A stretch of DNA of 64,000 nt from Solirubrobacterales bacterium (GTDB lineage Bacteria; Actinomycetota; Thermoleophilia; Solirubrobacterales; Solirubrobacteraceae). Made by a program: the position numbers and the translations under genes. The DNA is taken from assembly GCA_038258425.1 (NCBI GenBank), contig JBBSPV010000020.1:663-64662 (forward strand). The letters are read 5' to 3'. Below the pieces are notes generated by a model. It was not told the origin of the DNA, searched no databases, and saw only the letters and a list, made by a program, of their open reading frames with translations. Shown here piece after piece: positions 17,027 through 26,519 of the stretch (position 1 is the stretch's first letter; the number at the start of each line of letters is the position of its first letter).

Positions 17027-18346
17027 TCAGCGGCTCGCCGATCCCGGCTCCTCCGCGTCGGGAGTGCCGTCGAGCCGAACGGCGGGCGAGGGGACGCGCA
17101 GGCGATGATCTGCTACGGGCACGCTCTCCATCGTGGGCAGCGCGTCACGCGGATGTGAGTTCCACCAGCGCGCGTAGCGTTCGGTCAGTGGCCTAGCCGT
17201 GAGGCCGTGCGCATAGACGGAAACCGCGATCGTGACGGTGATCGCGAGCAGCAGCGTATGAAGGTGCGGGAACTCTGTGTCGTCGATCAGGATGACCGCG
17301 AACACGATCGAGGCGAGGCCGCGCGGCCCGAACCAGCCCAGGAACGCCACGGTCGGACGGCGAGCGCCGGTTCCCAGTAGCGCGAGCGCGACGGGCAGCA
17401 TACGCACGACCGTCAGGCTGAGGACGGCGTAAAGCACGATCTGCCAGGTCACCTCGTCCAGCAGCGGGCCGAGGACGACCGCCCCGAAGACGATGAAGGT
17501 CACCGCGTTGAACAGCTCACCACCCTCGTCGACGAGGTAGCTCACCTCACCGCCCGTGTCGCGTCGCAGCGCGCCGAACAGGAACCCCCCGGTGAACGCG
17601 GCGATGAAGATACTTCCGCCCAGCGCGCTCGCGACGCCGGCGGCCAGCAACGCCGCGGAGACGGTCAGGATCTGCAGCCAGTGTGGCTCGATCAATCGCC
17701 GGCGCGCGGCAATCTGCAGAGCGAGGGCGCCGAGCGCTCCGGCGGCGACGCCCCCGACGAGCCCGTAGCCGATCTGCTCGAGCACGAGCTGGGAAGCGGA
17801 GTGCCCTGAAGCCGTGCCCCCCTCGGTCTCGGCGATCGCGATCGCGATGAAGAACAGCGGCACGCAGAGCCCGTCGTTGAGTCCGCTCTCGACGTTGAGC
17901 CCTTGGCGGATCCGGGACGGGACGCGCTCGTCTGAGACGACCGCCTGGCCGAGCGCGGCGTCGGTGCACGCGAGCACGATCGCGAGCACCAGTGCCTCCG
18001 CGAAGCTCACTCCCGGGATGACCGCCGCGCCGACCAGCGCTCCGGCGACGATCGTGAGCGGCAGGCCGATCCCGAGCAGGCGCAGCGGCACCGAGTACTC
18101 ACGGTGGAGCGCCCGCACGGAGATCCTCGACGCGTCCGCGAACAGGACCAGCGTCAGCGTGATCTCGGCGAGCAGCTTTACCTGCTCGCCGCGCACCTGC
18201 AGCTCGAGCAGCCCGAGCACCGGTCCGACGAGCAGCCCGGCGGTGGTGAAGAACATCGCACCCGAGACGTTCAGCCGCTCTAGCCGCCGCGAGACCGTGG
18301 CGTAGCCGATCAGCAGCGCCGCAATCGTCGCCAGAGCCCAGGTCAT
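17027..18346 (-). CDS. cation:proton antiporter, CPA1/NhaP type
   Basis: 439 aa and polytopic. LFADASRISV, ACTDAALGQAVV and NVESGLNDGLCVPLF are Na+/H+ exchanger family signatures. Confidence 0.85.
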   Translation of the reverse strand: MTWALATIAALLIGYATVSRRLERLNVSGAMFFTTAGLLVGPVLGLLELQVRGEQVKLLAEITLTLVLFADASRISVRALHREYSVPLRLLGIGLPLTIVAGALVGAAVIPGVSFAEALVLAIVLACTDAALGQAVVSDERVPSRIRQGLNVESGLNDGLCVPLFFIAIAIAETEGGTASGHSASQLVLEQIGYGLVGGVAAGALGALALQIAARRRLIEPHWLQILTVSAALLAAGVASALGGSIFIAAFTGGFLFGALRRDTGGEVSYLVDEGGELFNAVTFIVFGAVVLGPLLDEVTWQIVLYAVLSLTVVRMLPVALALLGTGARRPTVAFLGWFGPRGLASIVFAVILIDDTEFPHLHTLLLAITVTIAVSVYAHGLTARPLTERYARWWNSHPRDALPTMESVPVADHRLRVPSPAVRLDGTPDAEEPGSASR

Positions 18347-18347
18347 T

Positions 18348-18983
18348 TCAGCTCGCTACCTCGGAACTACTGCCGGCAGGGTCGTCCGGGTGAGCCAGCA
18401 ACCGGCGCCGCATCAGGACTGCGTCGGATACGAGCACGGCTCCTCCGAGGACCGCCCATGCGCTCGCGAGCCACGTCGAGAGGGAATCATGGCGGTCCGC
18501 CGTCAGAAGCAGTGTCGTCCCGAGCCCAATCTCGAGGATTCCCAGCGGCACTCCGGGACGCCAGCGCCGGCCCGATCTCTCGGCGAGTTCGAAGCCACCG
18601 AGCAGATGGGCGATCCCCGTCAGCGCGATCACGACACCCAGGATCGCGAGCAGGAACGTCGTTCCGACGTTCGCCACGAGCACGACCGCGCCGGTCATGG
18701 TCCCGATCGCACCGGATGCGAGCGGCAGTCGGCGGCGTGGGCCCTCCGCCGCCAGGCCCCACCGGAACGTGATGATCCCGTTGAGGATCCAGTACACGCC
18801 CATAAAGTTCGCCAGCGCCGCGGGCGCGCGGTCATGGTGCAAGGCGAGCGCCAGGCCGAGGACGATCGCCATCACACCGCGCGCGGCGGTGATCCAGACA
18901 AGCGCCATCGGCCCAGGCGTGTGCACCCTGCGGTGCCGCCTGGTGTTGCCTGATGGTCCGGCAGAGCCCGCGCGTCGGCTCAT
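18348..18983 (-). CDS. HdeD/DUF308-like membrane protein
   Basis: The C-terminal ~185 aa contain six short helices with a repeated G-rich pattern (GVMAIVLGLALAL, GVYWILNGIITF, AILGVVIALTGIAHLLGG). The stop is 1 nt from the NhaP start. The start is ATG 18983 or 18908. The ORF part upstream is Arg/Pro/Trp-rich and covers a DNA tandem repeat. Confidence 0.6.
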   Translation of the reverse strand: MSRRAGSAGPSGNTRRHRRVHTPGPMALVWITAARGVMAIVLGLALALHHDRAPAALANFMGVYWILNGIITFRWGLAAEGPRRRLPLASGAIGTMTGAVVLVANVGTTFLLAILGVVIALTGIAHLLGGFELAERSGRRWRPGVPLGILEIGLGTTLLLTADRHDSLSTWLASAWAVLGGAVLVSDAVLMRRRLLAHPDDPAGSSSEVAS

Positions 18984-19123
18984 GGCATGCCCCAGGGCTG
19001 TTGGCGTCCACGCACGGGCGACCTCGGGGCTAGCGGCGGATTGCCGGCACGCTGGCCGGCGTCGGGTACCGCGTCTCCGCTCCTCCAGTCCGGGACTAGA
19101 TTCGGCGGCGGCGACCCGACCGT

Positions 19124-19219
19124 CCCGGTGTGACGGCCGCGGCCACGACCGCGGTTTTCGCGACCGGCGCGCGACCGGGTGTGACGGCCCTGGCCACCAC
19201 CGCGGTTTTCGCCACCGGG
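19124..19219. repeat. two imperfect tandem copies of a ~41-45-nt unit (period 51 nt)
   Basis: GGTGTGACGGCCGCGGCCACGACCGCGGTTTTCGCGACCGG at 19127 and GGTGTGACGGCCCTGGCCACCACCGCGGTTTTCGCCACCGG at 19178, with about 5 mismatches. They lie between the 19269 stop and the hdeD-like start. Confidence 0.7.
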
Positions 19220-19268
19220 GCACCGATGACTCCGACTCGTCCGACACGCGCGCGTCTCAGGGGCATTT

Positions 19269-19727
19269 TCAGTCTCCTTCGGTCTCGGATGCTTCATCGG
19301 CTTCGATCGACGCGATGATCGCTTGAAGAGGAATCCGTCCATTGGCGATCAGTTGGCCACCCGCACGGCGCGCCGCCGACGCAAATGGCGCGGCCCACAG
19401 GTTCTCCCAGATGAGCACCCCGGCGGTGCTCCCCGGATCCATGGCGGCGGCGAGGTGCTCGACGTCGTCCTCGGCCAACAGCTCGGCCAGCTGTGCCTCG
19501 ATCGCTTGCAACTCTCCGAGCTCACCGACGTCGGCGAGCTCCATCGCATCGACAGCACCGTCCTCGTCCTTGGTGAGGATCAGCACGTCGATCACGCGGA
19601 TCGTTCCGGAGTCGACCAGCGCGCGCAGCTCTGCGGCCATCTCGCCGGTGAAGCTGCTCGCTCCCGCTGGGAACTCCACGACGAGGTAGTCGACGGGGCC
19701 GAGGTCATCGAGAGCTGTATCTGTCAT
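19269..19727 (-). CDS. conserved acidic hypothetical protein (resembles the DUF6325 type as far as I recall)
   Basis: 152 aa: LGPVDYLVVEFPAGASSFTGEMAAELRALVDSGTIRVIDVLILTKDEDG. Composition is native-looking. Confidence 0.55.
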   Translation of the reverse strand: MTDTALDDLGPVDYLVVEFPAGASSFTGEMAAELRALVDSGTIRVIDVLILTKDEDGAVDAMELADVGELGELQAIEAQLAELLAEDDVEHLAAAMDPGSTAGVLIWENLWAAPFASAARRAGGQLIANGRIPLQAIIASIEADEASETEGD

Positions 19728-19762
19728 CGCGCTTCCTTTCGTGGCCGGCCCGGGCTGTGTCG

Positions 19763-22129
19763 CTACTGGCGCGCCATCGCGACGCGCAGACGCTCCTCGG
19801 GCGAGATCAGGTGGTCGGCGTCTTCAGCATTGTCGCCGAGATCGATCTGCACCCAGTTGACCGTGCCGGTAAAGACGCTGCTCTCGCCGTCGTAGTCGTC
19901 GCTGACTGGGGATGCGGTGTCGCGTCCGACGTCGGCGGTCTCGTCCGCGGAGAAGAGCAGCGGCACGGTTGCCTCGACGCGGCCCTCACCGGTCTTGTGA
20001 CCGTCGAGGAAAAGCGTGGCGGTGCCGCCCTTGGCGGGGCCGCCGCCGTCGTAGGCGAACTCCATGCGCACCTGGTGCGTTCCGGGCGGGATCGCGGCGT
20101 CGGCCTCGATCTTGAAGCGCTGCAGGCCGAGCAGGTTGTAGCAGTAGATCGGGCGCCCAGCTTTCGCGTACAGGCTCCAACCGGCGAACGCGCCGCCCTG
20201 GGCGACGAGTACGCCCTCGGCGCCCGCCTCGGGCACAACGACCTCCGCCGTCACCGCGTGGGACTTGTTCTTGATGTTCAGCACGCTGTTCTCGCTGAGG
20301 CGTCCCATGCCGCCGAAGAGCAGCTGTGAGTTTCCCTTCACAAGCTCCGGGCGGCCGACGAGCTCGGCGTTGAAGCGCTCGATGCGCCGGTCGTCAAGCG
20401 GGAGCACGTTGTACTTGCGGGCCTCCTCGAGCCAGAGCTGTTGCAGCTCGGCCAGCTTCTCGGGCATCTCGTCGGCGAGGTCGTGCGCCTGGCTCCAGTC
20501 CGTATTCGTGTCGTAAAGCTCCCAAACGTCGTCCTCGAACGGAGGCAGAGCTCCCGCCACCACCCACGGCACGCTGTGGTTGGTGACCGCGGTCCAGCCC
20601 TGGTGGTAGATGCCGCGGTTGCAGAACATCTCGAAGTACTGCGTCTCGTGGCGATCATCCTCGGTCGCCTCGTCGAACGAGTACGCCATGCTCACGCCCT
20701 CGATCGGCCGTTGAGCGACCCCATCGACGGCTGTCGGCTGGGGGAGCCCGGCGGCTTCGAGCACCGTGGGCGCGACGTCGATCACGTGGTGAAACTGCGA
20801 GCGCACCTCGCCGCGCGCGGCGATCCCGCGCGGCCAGTGCACAATCGTGCCGTTGCGAGTTCCGCCCCAGTGCGAGGCGACCTGCTTCGTCCACTGATAC
20901 GGCGTGTCCATCGCATGCGCCCAGCCGACTGCGAAGTGGTTGTACGCCCTCGGCGTGCCGAAGTCCTCGATGCGCGCGGCCATGAACTCGGGCGTCTCAA
21001 GCGCCGCAGCGCCGTTGAAGATGAAGGTCTCGTTGAAGCTGCCGTTGATCCCGCCCTCGGCGCTCGCCCCGTTGTCGCCGATGATGTAGTACACAAGCGT
21101 GTCCTCAAGCACGCCGAGCTCGTCGAGCGCGTCGACGAGCCGTCCGACGTGGTGATCGGTGTGCTCCAGGAAGCCGGCGTAGACCTCCATCTGGCGGGCG
21201 AGAATCGGCTTCAAGTCATCGGGCATGTCCTCCCAAGGGGGAATCTCGTCATGCCGCGCCGTCAGCTCCGTCTCCGCAGGCACGACCCCGAGCTCCCGCT
21301 GGCGAGTCAGGATCTCCTCGCGCAGCGCATCCCAGCCCTGGTCAAAGCGCCCCTTGTACTTGTCCGACCACTCCGTCGGAACGTGATGCGGAGCGTGCGT
21401 CGCGCCCGGCGCGAAGTACATGAAAAACGGCTTGTCGGGCATCAGCGACTTCTGCTGGCGCGTCCACTTGATCGCCTTGTCGGTCATGTCCTCGGTGAAG
21501 TGGTAGCCCTCCTCCGGCGTCGCGTCGGGCTCGACAGGCGTCGTGCCCTCATAGACCGCCGGGTAGTACTGGTTCGTCTCCCCGCCGATGAAGCCGTAGA
21601 AGTACTCAAAGCCCCCGCCGCCGGTCGGCCACGCATCGAACGGGCCCATCGGGCTCGACTGCCATACCGGCACCTCGTGGCACTTACCGAACTGGGCCGT
21701 CGAATAGCCGTTCAGCAACAGCGTTCGGGCCAGCGGCGCGCAGGTATTCGGGCGAATCGAGTTGTACCCGGGCGCCGCGGTAGCAAGCTCCGTGATGACC
21801 CCCATGCCCACCGAGTGATGGTTGCGCCCCGACAGCAAGGCAGCCCGCGTCGGGGCGCACAACGCCGTCGTGTGGAAACGGTTGTACGTCAGGCCGCTCC
21901 CTGCCAGCCGCTCAGCCGTCGGCGTCGCACACGGCCCGCCGAACGCGCTCGACGCGCCGAAGCCGACATCGTCGAGCAAGATGACGAGCACGTTGGGCGC
22001 GCCCGCCGGTGGCTGCAGCGGCTCGACCGCAGGGAACGACGCGTCCGGGTCCTTGGCGTCGAACGGGAGCGTTCCGTCGAACGGCCTGTCCGGGATCGGC
22101 AGCGCGTCGCGTGAAATCTGATCGGTCAC
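19763..22129 (-). CDS. arylsulfatase (formylglycine-dependent sulfatase family)
   Basis: LVILLDDVGFG, then the CAPTRAALLSGRNHH sulfatase signature (CxPxR). 788 aa, GTG start. Confidence 0.9.
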   Translation of the reverse strand: MTDQISRDALPIPDRPFDGTLPFDAKDPDASFPAVEPLQPPAGAPNVLVILLDDVGFGASSAFGGPCATPTAERLAGSGLTYNRFHTTALCAPTRAALLSGRNHHSVGMGVITELATAAPGYNSIRPNTCAPLARTLLLNGYSTAQFGKCHEVPVWQSSPMGPFDAWPTGGGGFEYFYGFIGGETNQYYPAVYEGTTPVEPDATPEEGYHFTEDMTDKAIKWTRQQKSLMPDKPFFMYFAPGATHAPHHVPTEWSDKYKGRFDQGWDALREEILTRQRELGVVPAETELTARHDEIPPWEDMPDDLKPILARQMEVYAGFLEHTDHHVGRLVDALDELGVLEDTLVYYIIGDNGASAEGGINGSFNETFIFNGAAALETPEFMAARIEDFGTPRAYNHFAVGWAHAMDTPYQWTKQVASHWGGTRNGTIVHWPRGIAARGEVRSQFHHVIDVAPTVLEAAGLPQPTAVDGVAQRPIEGVSMAYSFDEATEDDRHETQYFEMFCNRGIYHQGWTAVTNHSVPWVVAGALPPFEDDVWELYDTNTDWSQAHDLADEMPEKLAELQQLWLEEARKYNVLPLDDRRIERFNAELVGRPELVKGNSQLLFGGMGRLSENSVLNIKNKSHAVTAEVVVPEAGAEGVLVAQGGAFAGWSLYAKAGRPIYCYNLLGLQRFKIEADAAIPPGTHQVRMEFAYDGGGPAKGGTATLFLDGHKTGEGRVEATVPLLFSADETADVGRDTASPVSDDYDGESSVFTGTVNWVQIDLGDNAEDADHLISPEERLRVAMARQ

Positions 22130-22147
22130 TCACAGCTCCTCTGCGCG

Positions 22148-22275
22148 CTACACGAGCGCCTTGGCCTTGATTGCGTCAAACTCGGTCTGCGCGATCGCGC
22201 CGCTCTCGGCCGGCTGCTTCGCTTTGTCGATATCCGCCGCTGCGCCGCCACCTCGTCGGTGTGGGTAAGTCGCAT
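22148..22275 (-). pseudogene. SHOCT-domain mini-protein, apparently frameshifted
   Basis: One frame ends DIDKAKQPAESGAIAQTEFDAIKAKALV* (SHOCT-like) but has no start codon. The only ATG (22275, MRLTHTDEVAAQ) is in another frame. Confidence 0.3.
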
Positions 22276-22781
22276 GGGCACATCGGTGGCCCCACGTCCG
22301 GGTGCTGTTGGTCGCAGGCCTGGCGAAGTGAGGGCTGGTCCGCCCACCGCCGCGCCGATCTCGACCTCCGGCGCGACAGCGTGCGGCTGCGGCACGCCTT
22401 CGCGCACGATCGAGGTGTCCTCTCGGAGCGCGATACGGGTCGGCACGCGCGCAGCCTAACCGACGGTCGCTGGAAGTAGCGTCCCAGCGGAATGAGGCGC
22501 GCACCTCCCCCATCCCTGGCACTGCGGCGGTCATCCCGCGCACCAGCGGCGCACCCCTCCTTTCCCGCGTTGGAGCGAACATCGCGAGTTCAGGCCGTCG
22601 GACGCTCGCTCGGGACGAGCTCCAGAAGCCGGTGGCGTGAGGGGCCTCTCTCCCCTTCGCACTTGCCGGCTTCGAGTACGGCACCGCGTACGCCGCGTCG
22701 AAGTTCGGAGCGCCGGCCCGCGACCTTCCCGGCCGCTGACCCGCCCGCCGGCTCGCCCCAGCGGCGGACGGGCCCATCGGC

Positions 22782-24245
22782 TCACGCGACCGCCGGCGCC
22801 TCGCCGGCCCGCGCCACCATCGCGTGCCCGCGCGCGTCGCGCGAGGAGATGATCGTCGCCGCGAGGAGCGCTCCGACGAGCGCGAAGCCCGCGCCGACCA
22901 GGAAGGCGGTCTGGAAGCCCTCCGTGACGAAGACCGGGTTCTGCTCGGCGCCCGCGCCGAAGCTCGCCGTGCGCGAGGTCGCGACGGACGACAGCACCGC
23001 CACGCCGAGCGCGCCACCGAGCTGCTGGGCGGTGTTGATCAGGCCGGAGGCGAGGCCGGCCTCGTTGGGCTTGGTGCCGGTGACCGCGGCGATCGTGACC
23101 GGGACGAACGACAGCCCGAGGCCGACCGCGGCCAGCATGGACGGGCCGAGGACGTCCCTGCCGAAGTTGCCGTCTGCGCTGACCTGCGAGAACCAGAGCA
23201 GCCCGGCGGCGACGAAGAGCATCCCGACGACGAGCGTGACCTTGAAGCCGATCCGGGTGACGAGCTGCGAGGCGACCCCCGAGGACACGATGATGAGCAG
23301 CGCCAGCGGCAGGTAGCACAGGCCCGTGGTGAGCGCGCTGTAGCCGAGCACCCGCTGGAGGTACAGCGAGATGAAGAAGAACATGCTGAACAGCGACATG
23401 CCGATGAGCACGCCGACGACGTTGGCGCCGCGCAGCGTCCGCAGGCGGAAGATCGAGAAGGGCATGAGCGGGTGCGCCGCGCGCGCCTCGACGGCGACGA
23501 ACGCGACGAGCAGGAGCACGGCGCCGAGCAGGCGCAGCAGGGTCGCGGCCGAGGTCCAGCCCGCGCTCTCGGCGTCCACGAGCGTGTAGACGAGCAGCGC
23601 CAGCCCGGCCGTCACGGTGAAGGCGCCCGGCAGGTCGAAGGAGCGGTGCGCCCCGTCCGCGCGGCTCTCCTCGAGCAGGCGCGGGGCCATGAACGCGGCG
23701 GCGGCGGCGATCGGGACGTTGACGAACAGGACCCACTCCCAGCCGGCCCATTCGGTCAGCACGCCGCCGAGCAGGACGCCGGCGGCGCCGCCGGCGCCCG
23801 CCACGGCGCCCCAGACGCCGAGGGCGCGGTTGCGCTCGGCGCCCTCGGCGAAGATCGTCGTGACGATGGACAGCGCGGCGGGTGCGATGAGCGCGGCGCC
23901 GAGGCCCTGCAGCGCGCGGGCGGCGTTGAGCCAGGCTTCGGACTGGGCCAGGCCGCCGAGCAGCGACGCGAGGGAGAAGACGCCGAGGCCGACGATGAAC
24001 ATGCGGCGTCGCCCCAGGAGGTCGGCGAGGCGACCGCCGAGCAGCAGGAAGCCGCCGAAGGTCAGCGTGTAGGCGTTGACGATCCACGAGAGCGACTCGG
24101 GGTCGATGTCGAGCGCCGAGCCGATCGACGGCAGGGCGACGTTCACGATCGAGGCGTCGATGACGATCATGAACTGCGTCGTGGCGAGGAGGATCAGGGC
24201 GAGGGTCTTGGCGCGAGCAGTCATGCCGGCATCGTCTCCGGCCAT
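22782..24245 (-). CDS. MFS transporter, DHA2 (EmrB/QacA, 14-TM) type
   Basis: LATTQFMIVIDASIVNVALPSI, LGGRLADLLGRRR, and 14 hydrophobic segments. Start at ATG 24245 or 24224. The rest of ORF 22782..25604 is antisense noise. Confidence 0.85.
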   Translation of the reverse strand: MAGDDAGMTARAKTLALILLATTQFMIVIDASIVNVALPSIGSALDIDPESLSWIVNAYTLTFGGFLLLGGRLADLLGRRRMFIVGLGVFSLASLLGGLAQSEAWLNAARALQGLGAALIAPAALSIVTTIFAEGAERNRALGVWGAVAGAGGAAGVLLGGVLTEWAGWEWVLFVNVPIAAAAAFMAPRLLEESRADGAHRSFDLPGAFTVTAGLALLVYTLVDAESAGWTSAATLLRLLGAVLLLVAFVAVEARAAHPLMPFSIFRLRTLRGANVVGVLIGMSLFSMFFFISLYLQRVLGYSALTTGLCYLPLALLIIVSSGVASQLVTRIGFKVTLVVGMLFVAAGLLWFSQVSADGNFGRDVLGPSMLAAVGLGLSFVPVTIAAVTGTKPNEAGLASGLINTAQQLGGALGVAVLSSVATSRTASFGAGAEQNPVFVTEGFQTAFLVGAGFALVGALLAATIISSRDARGHAMVARAGEAPAVA

Positions 24246-24317
24246 GCGGTCAGCTACGGTCCGCATGCGCGCCCATGCGGTCAACTGCAGTCCGCATGGT
24301 GTGCGACCCTGCCGGTC

Positions 24318-25280
24318 ATGGTCCAGACCTCGGCGCGGCTCCTCGCCCTGCTCTCGCTGCTGCAGCAGCGCCGGGAGTGGTCGGGCCCCGAGCTCGCCGG
24401 CCGGCTCGAGGTCGGGCCGCGCACCATCCGCCGTGACGTCGAGAAGCTGCGCGAGCTCGGCTACCCGATCGAGGCCGCGCCGGGTGTCGCGGGCGGCTAC
24501 CGGCTCGCCGCGGGCGCGCAGATGCCACCCCTGCTGCTCGACGACGCCGAGGCCATCGCCGTCGCCGTCGGGCTGCGCAGCGCCGCGTCCGGGTCGATCG
24601 CCGGCATCGAGGAGTACTCCGTCCGGGCGCTGGCCAAGCTCGAGCAGATCCTCCCGGACCGTCTGCGCGACCGCGTGCGCGCGCTGGGCGACGCCACCTC
24701 GACCTTCCGCGTCGACGGCCCGCAGATCGACGCCGACGAGCTCGCGCTCATCGCCGGTGCCTGCCGCGACGGCGTCCGGCTGCACTTCGCCTACACGGCC
24801 AAGGGTGGCGAGGCCAGCTCCCGCGAGGTGGAGCCCGCCGCCGTCGTCCACACGGGTTGGCGCTGGTACCTCGCTGCCTACGACCTCGGCCGCGACGACT
24901 GGCGCACGTTCCGCGTCGACCGCATCGCCGGCCGGCCGCGGACCGGCGAGCGCGGCACGCGCCGCGAGGTGCCGGGCGGCGACGCGGCGGCGTTCGTCAA
25001 GCGGTCCATCCGCGGCGGCGAGGGCGACGTCGTCCACGGCCGCGTCCGGCTGCGCGCACCCGCCGACGGCATCGGCACCCGCGTGCCCGCGCGCTACGCG
25101 ACCGTCGCCCCCGACGGCCCCGACGCCTGCGTGGTCACCACGACGGGCCGCTGGAGCCGCGAGTTCCTCGTCTGGATGGCGATGATGGACGCCGAGCTCA
25201 CGGTGCTCGAGCCGCCGGAGCTGGCCGAGGAGGCCGCCCGGATCGTCACGCGTCTCGGGGACGTGGCGAGGCCGGGCTGA
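24318..25280 (+). CDS. YafY-family transcriptional regulator (HTH + WYL domain)
   Basis: RLLALLSLLQQRREWSGPELAGRLEVGPRTIRRDVEKLRELGYPIE, followed by a WYL-type region (GWRWYLAAYDLGRDDWRTFRVDRI). It is divergent from the MFS gene. Confidence 0.8.
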   Translation: MVQTSARLLALLSLLQQRREWSGPELAGRLEVGPRTIRRDVEKLRELGYPIEAAPGVAGGYRLAAGAQMPPLLLDDAEAIAVAVGLRSAASGSIAGIEEYSVRALAKLEQILPDRLRDRVRALGDATSTFRVDGPQIDADELALIAGACRDGVRLHFAYTAKGGEASSREVEPAAVVHTGWRWYLAAYDLGRDDWRTFRVDRIAGRPRTGERGTRREVPGGDAAAFVKRSIRGGEGDVVHGRVRLRAPADGIGTRVPARYATVAPDGPDACVVTTTGRWSREFLVWMAMMDAELTVLEPPELAEEAARIVTRLGDVARPG

Positions 25281-25842
25281 GCCGCGCCAGGTGATCCTGG
25301 ACGGCGGCGGTGACGCGCTCGGTCTCGCCCGTCGCGAGCAGGTCGAGCAGGCCACCGCGCAGCACGGCGAGCACGAGCGTCCGCTCGGCCGCCGCGGCGC
25401 TCGTCCCGCGCAGGTGCGCCGGCTGCGCCTGCCCGAACAGCTCGAGCCAGTCGTCGACGGTGGCGCCCGCGAAGCCGGCCCAGGGCCCGGCGGGATCGAC
25501 GAGGCAGCGGGCGTAGCCCTCGACCCACAGCCGCAACACCGCACGGTGCTCCGCTGCGGCCAGCCACCGCCACACCTCACCGGCGACGAGGGCGAGGTCC
25601 TCACCCGCGTTCGTCCGGCGCAGGCGGTCGAGCAGCTCCAGCTCGTCGCTCCGGGCCCGCGCGAGCAGCGCCCGGACGAGGCCGTCCTTGCTGCCGAACA
25701 GGAACAGCAGCACGCGCGGACTCGACCCGACCGCCACGGCCAGCGGTCGCAGCGACACCGTCGTGAGGCCGTGCTCGAGGACGTAGCGGTAGGCCCGCTC
25801 GAGCAGCTCGTCGCGGCGCACGGACGGGACGGCGGAGGTCAC
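25246..25842 (-). CDS. TetR-family transcriptional regulator
   Basis: N-terminal HTH LLERAYRYVLEHGLTTVSLRPLAVAVGSSPRVLLFLFGSKDGL. 198 aa. Confidence 0.8.
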   Translation of the reverse strand: MTSAVPSVRRDELLERAYRYVLEHGLTTVSLRPLAVAVGSSPRVLLFLFGSKDGLVRALLARARSDELELLDRLRRTNAGEDLALVAGEVWRWLAAAEHRAVLRLWVEGYARCLVDPAGPWAGFAGATVDDWLELFGQAQPAHLRGTSAAAAERTLVLAVLRGGLLDLLATGETERVTAAVQDHLARLSPASPRPRDA

Positions 25843-25903
25843 GACCCGCGGTAGGCTACTGAAACACTCGTTTCACTGACCCGCTCGGAAGGGGACGCAG
25901 GCG

Positions 25904-26410
25904 ATGGCCGGAGGACAGGTGCAGGCGACGATCCGGCCGCTGGGCCGGCCCGGTGACCTCGGCTGGGTCGTGATGGCGCACGGTGAGGTCTACGCCTCGG
26001 AGTTCGGCTGGAACACCGACTTCGAGACCCTGGTGGCGCGCATCGTCGCCGACTACGCCGCCGACCACGATCCCTCCCGCGAAGCGGCCTGGATCGCCGA
26101 GGTCGACGGCCGCCGGGCGGGCTGTGTGTTCTGCGTCGCCGAGAACGGCGAGACGGCGAAGCTGCGCATCCTGCTCGTCCATCCCGACGGACGCGGTCGC
26201 GGACTCGGCGGGCGCCTCGTCGACACGAGCCTGGACTTCGCCCGCACCGCGGGCTACGCGCGGGTGCGCCTGTGGACGAACGACCCGCTCGTCGCCGCCC
26301 GCCGCCTCTACCTGGCGCGCGGGTTCGCGCTTGTCGCTGAGGACCCGCACCGCAGCTTCGGCGTCGACCTCGTCGGCCAGAGCTACGAACTGGACCTCGC
26401 GACGGCGTAG
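25904..26410 (+). CDS. GNAT-family N-acetyltransferase
   Basis: LRILLVHPDGRGRGLGGRLV (motif A Q/RxxGxG/A) and a YLARGF tail. Confidence 0.8.
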   Translation: MAGGQVQATIRPLGRPGDLGWVVMAHGEVYASEFGWNTDFETLVARIVADYAADHDPSREAAWIAEVDGRRAGCVFCVAENGETAKLRILLVHPDGRGRGLGGRLVDTSLDFARTAGYARVRLWTNDPLVAARRLYLARGFALVAEDPHRSFGVDLVGQSYELDLATA

Positions 26411-26519
26411 AACCGCGGCTGCCGCCCGGAGGTCTCCGGGCGCCGACGCACTGACGCGACGCTGCGCCCCGGAGCCCGAGCGCGTGTCGGGGGTGGCGGA
26501 GCGGGGCAGCACCGCCATC

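Noticed and set aside
19124-19219. The tandem repeat considered as a mini-CRISPR array or as a known tandem riboswitch (glycine, guanidine-II, fluoride)
   Set aside because: There are only two copies, with a 10-nt gap and no spacer organisation. I could not find the conserved cores that I remember for those riboswitches (ACGR loops, GGAGA..CACCG, or GAUGG..CUGAUGA). It is kept only as an unexplained repeat.
24318-25280. The WYL-domain regulator considered as a marker of a second defence locus
   Set aside because: Its neighbours are an MFS efflux pump, a TetR regulator and a GNAT. No nuclease, helicase or other defence-type gene is adjacent, so an ordinary efflux-regulation role is more likely.
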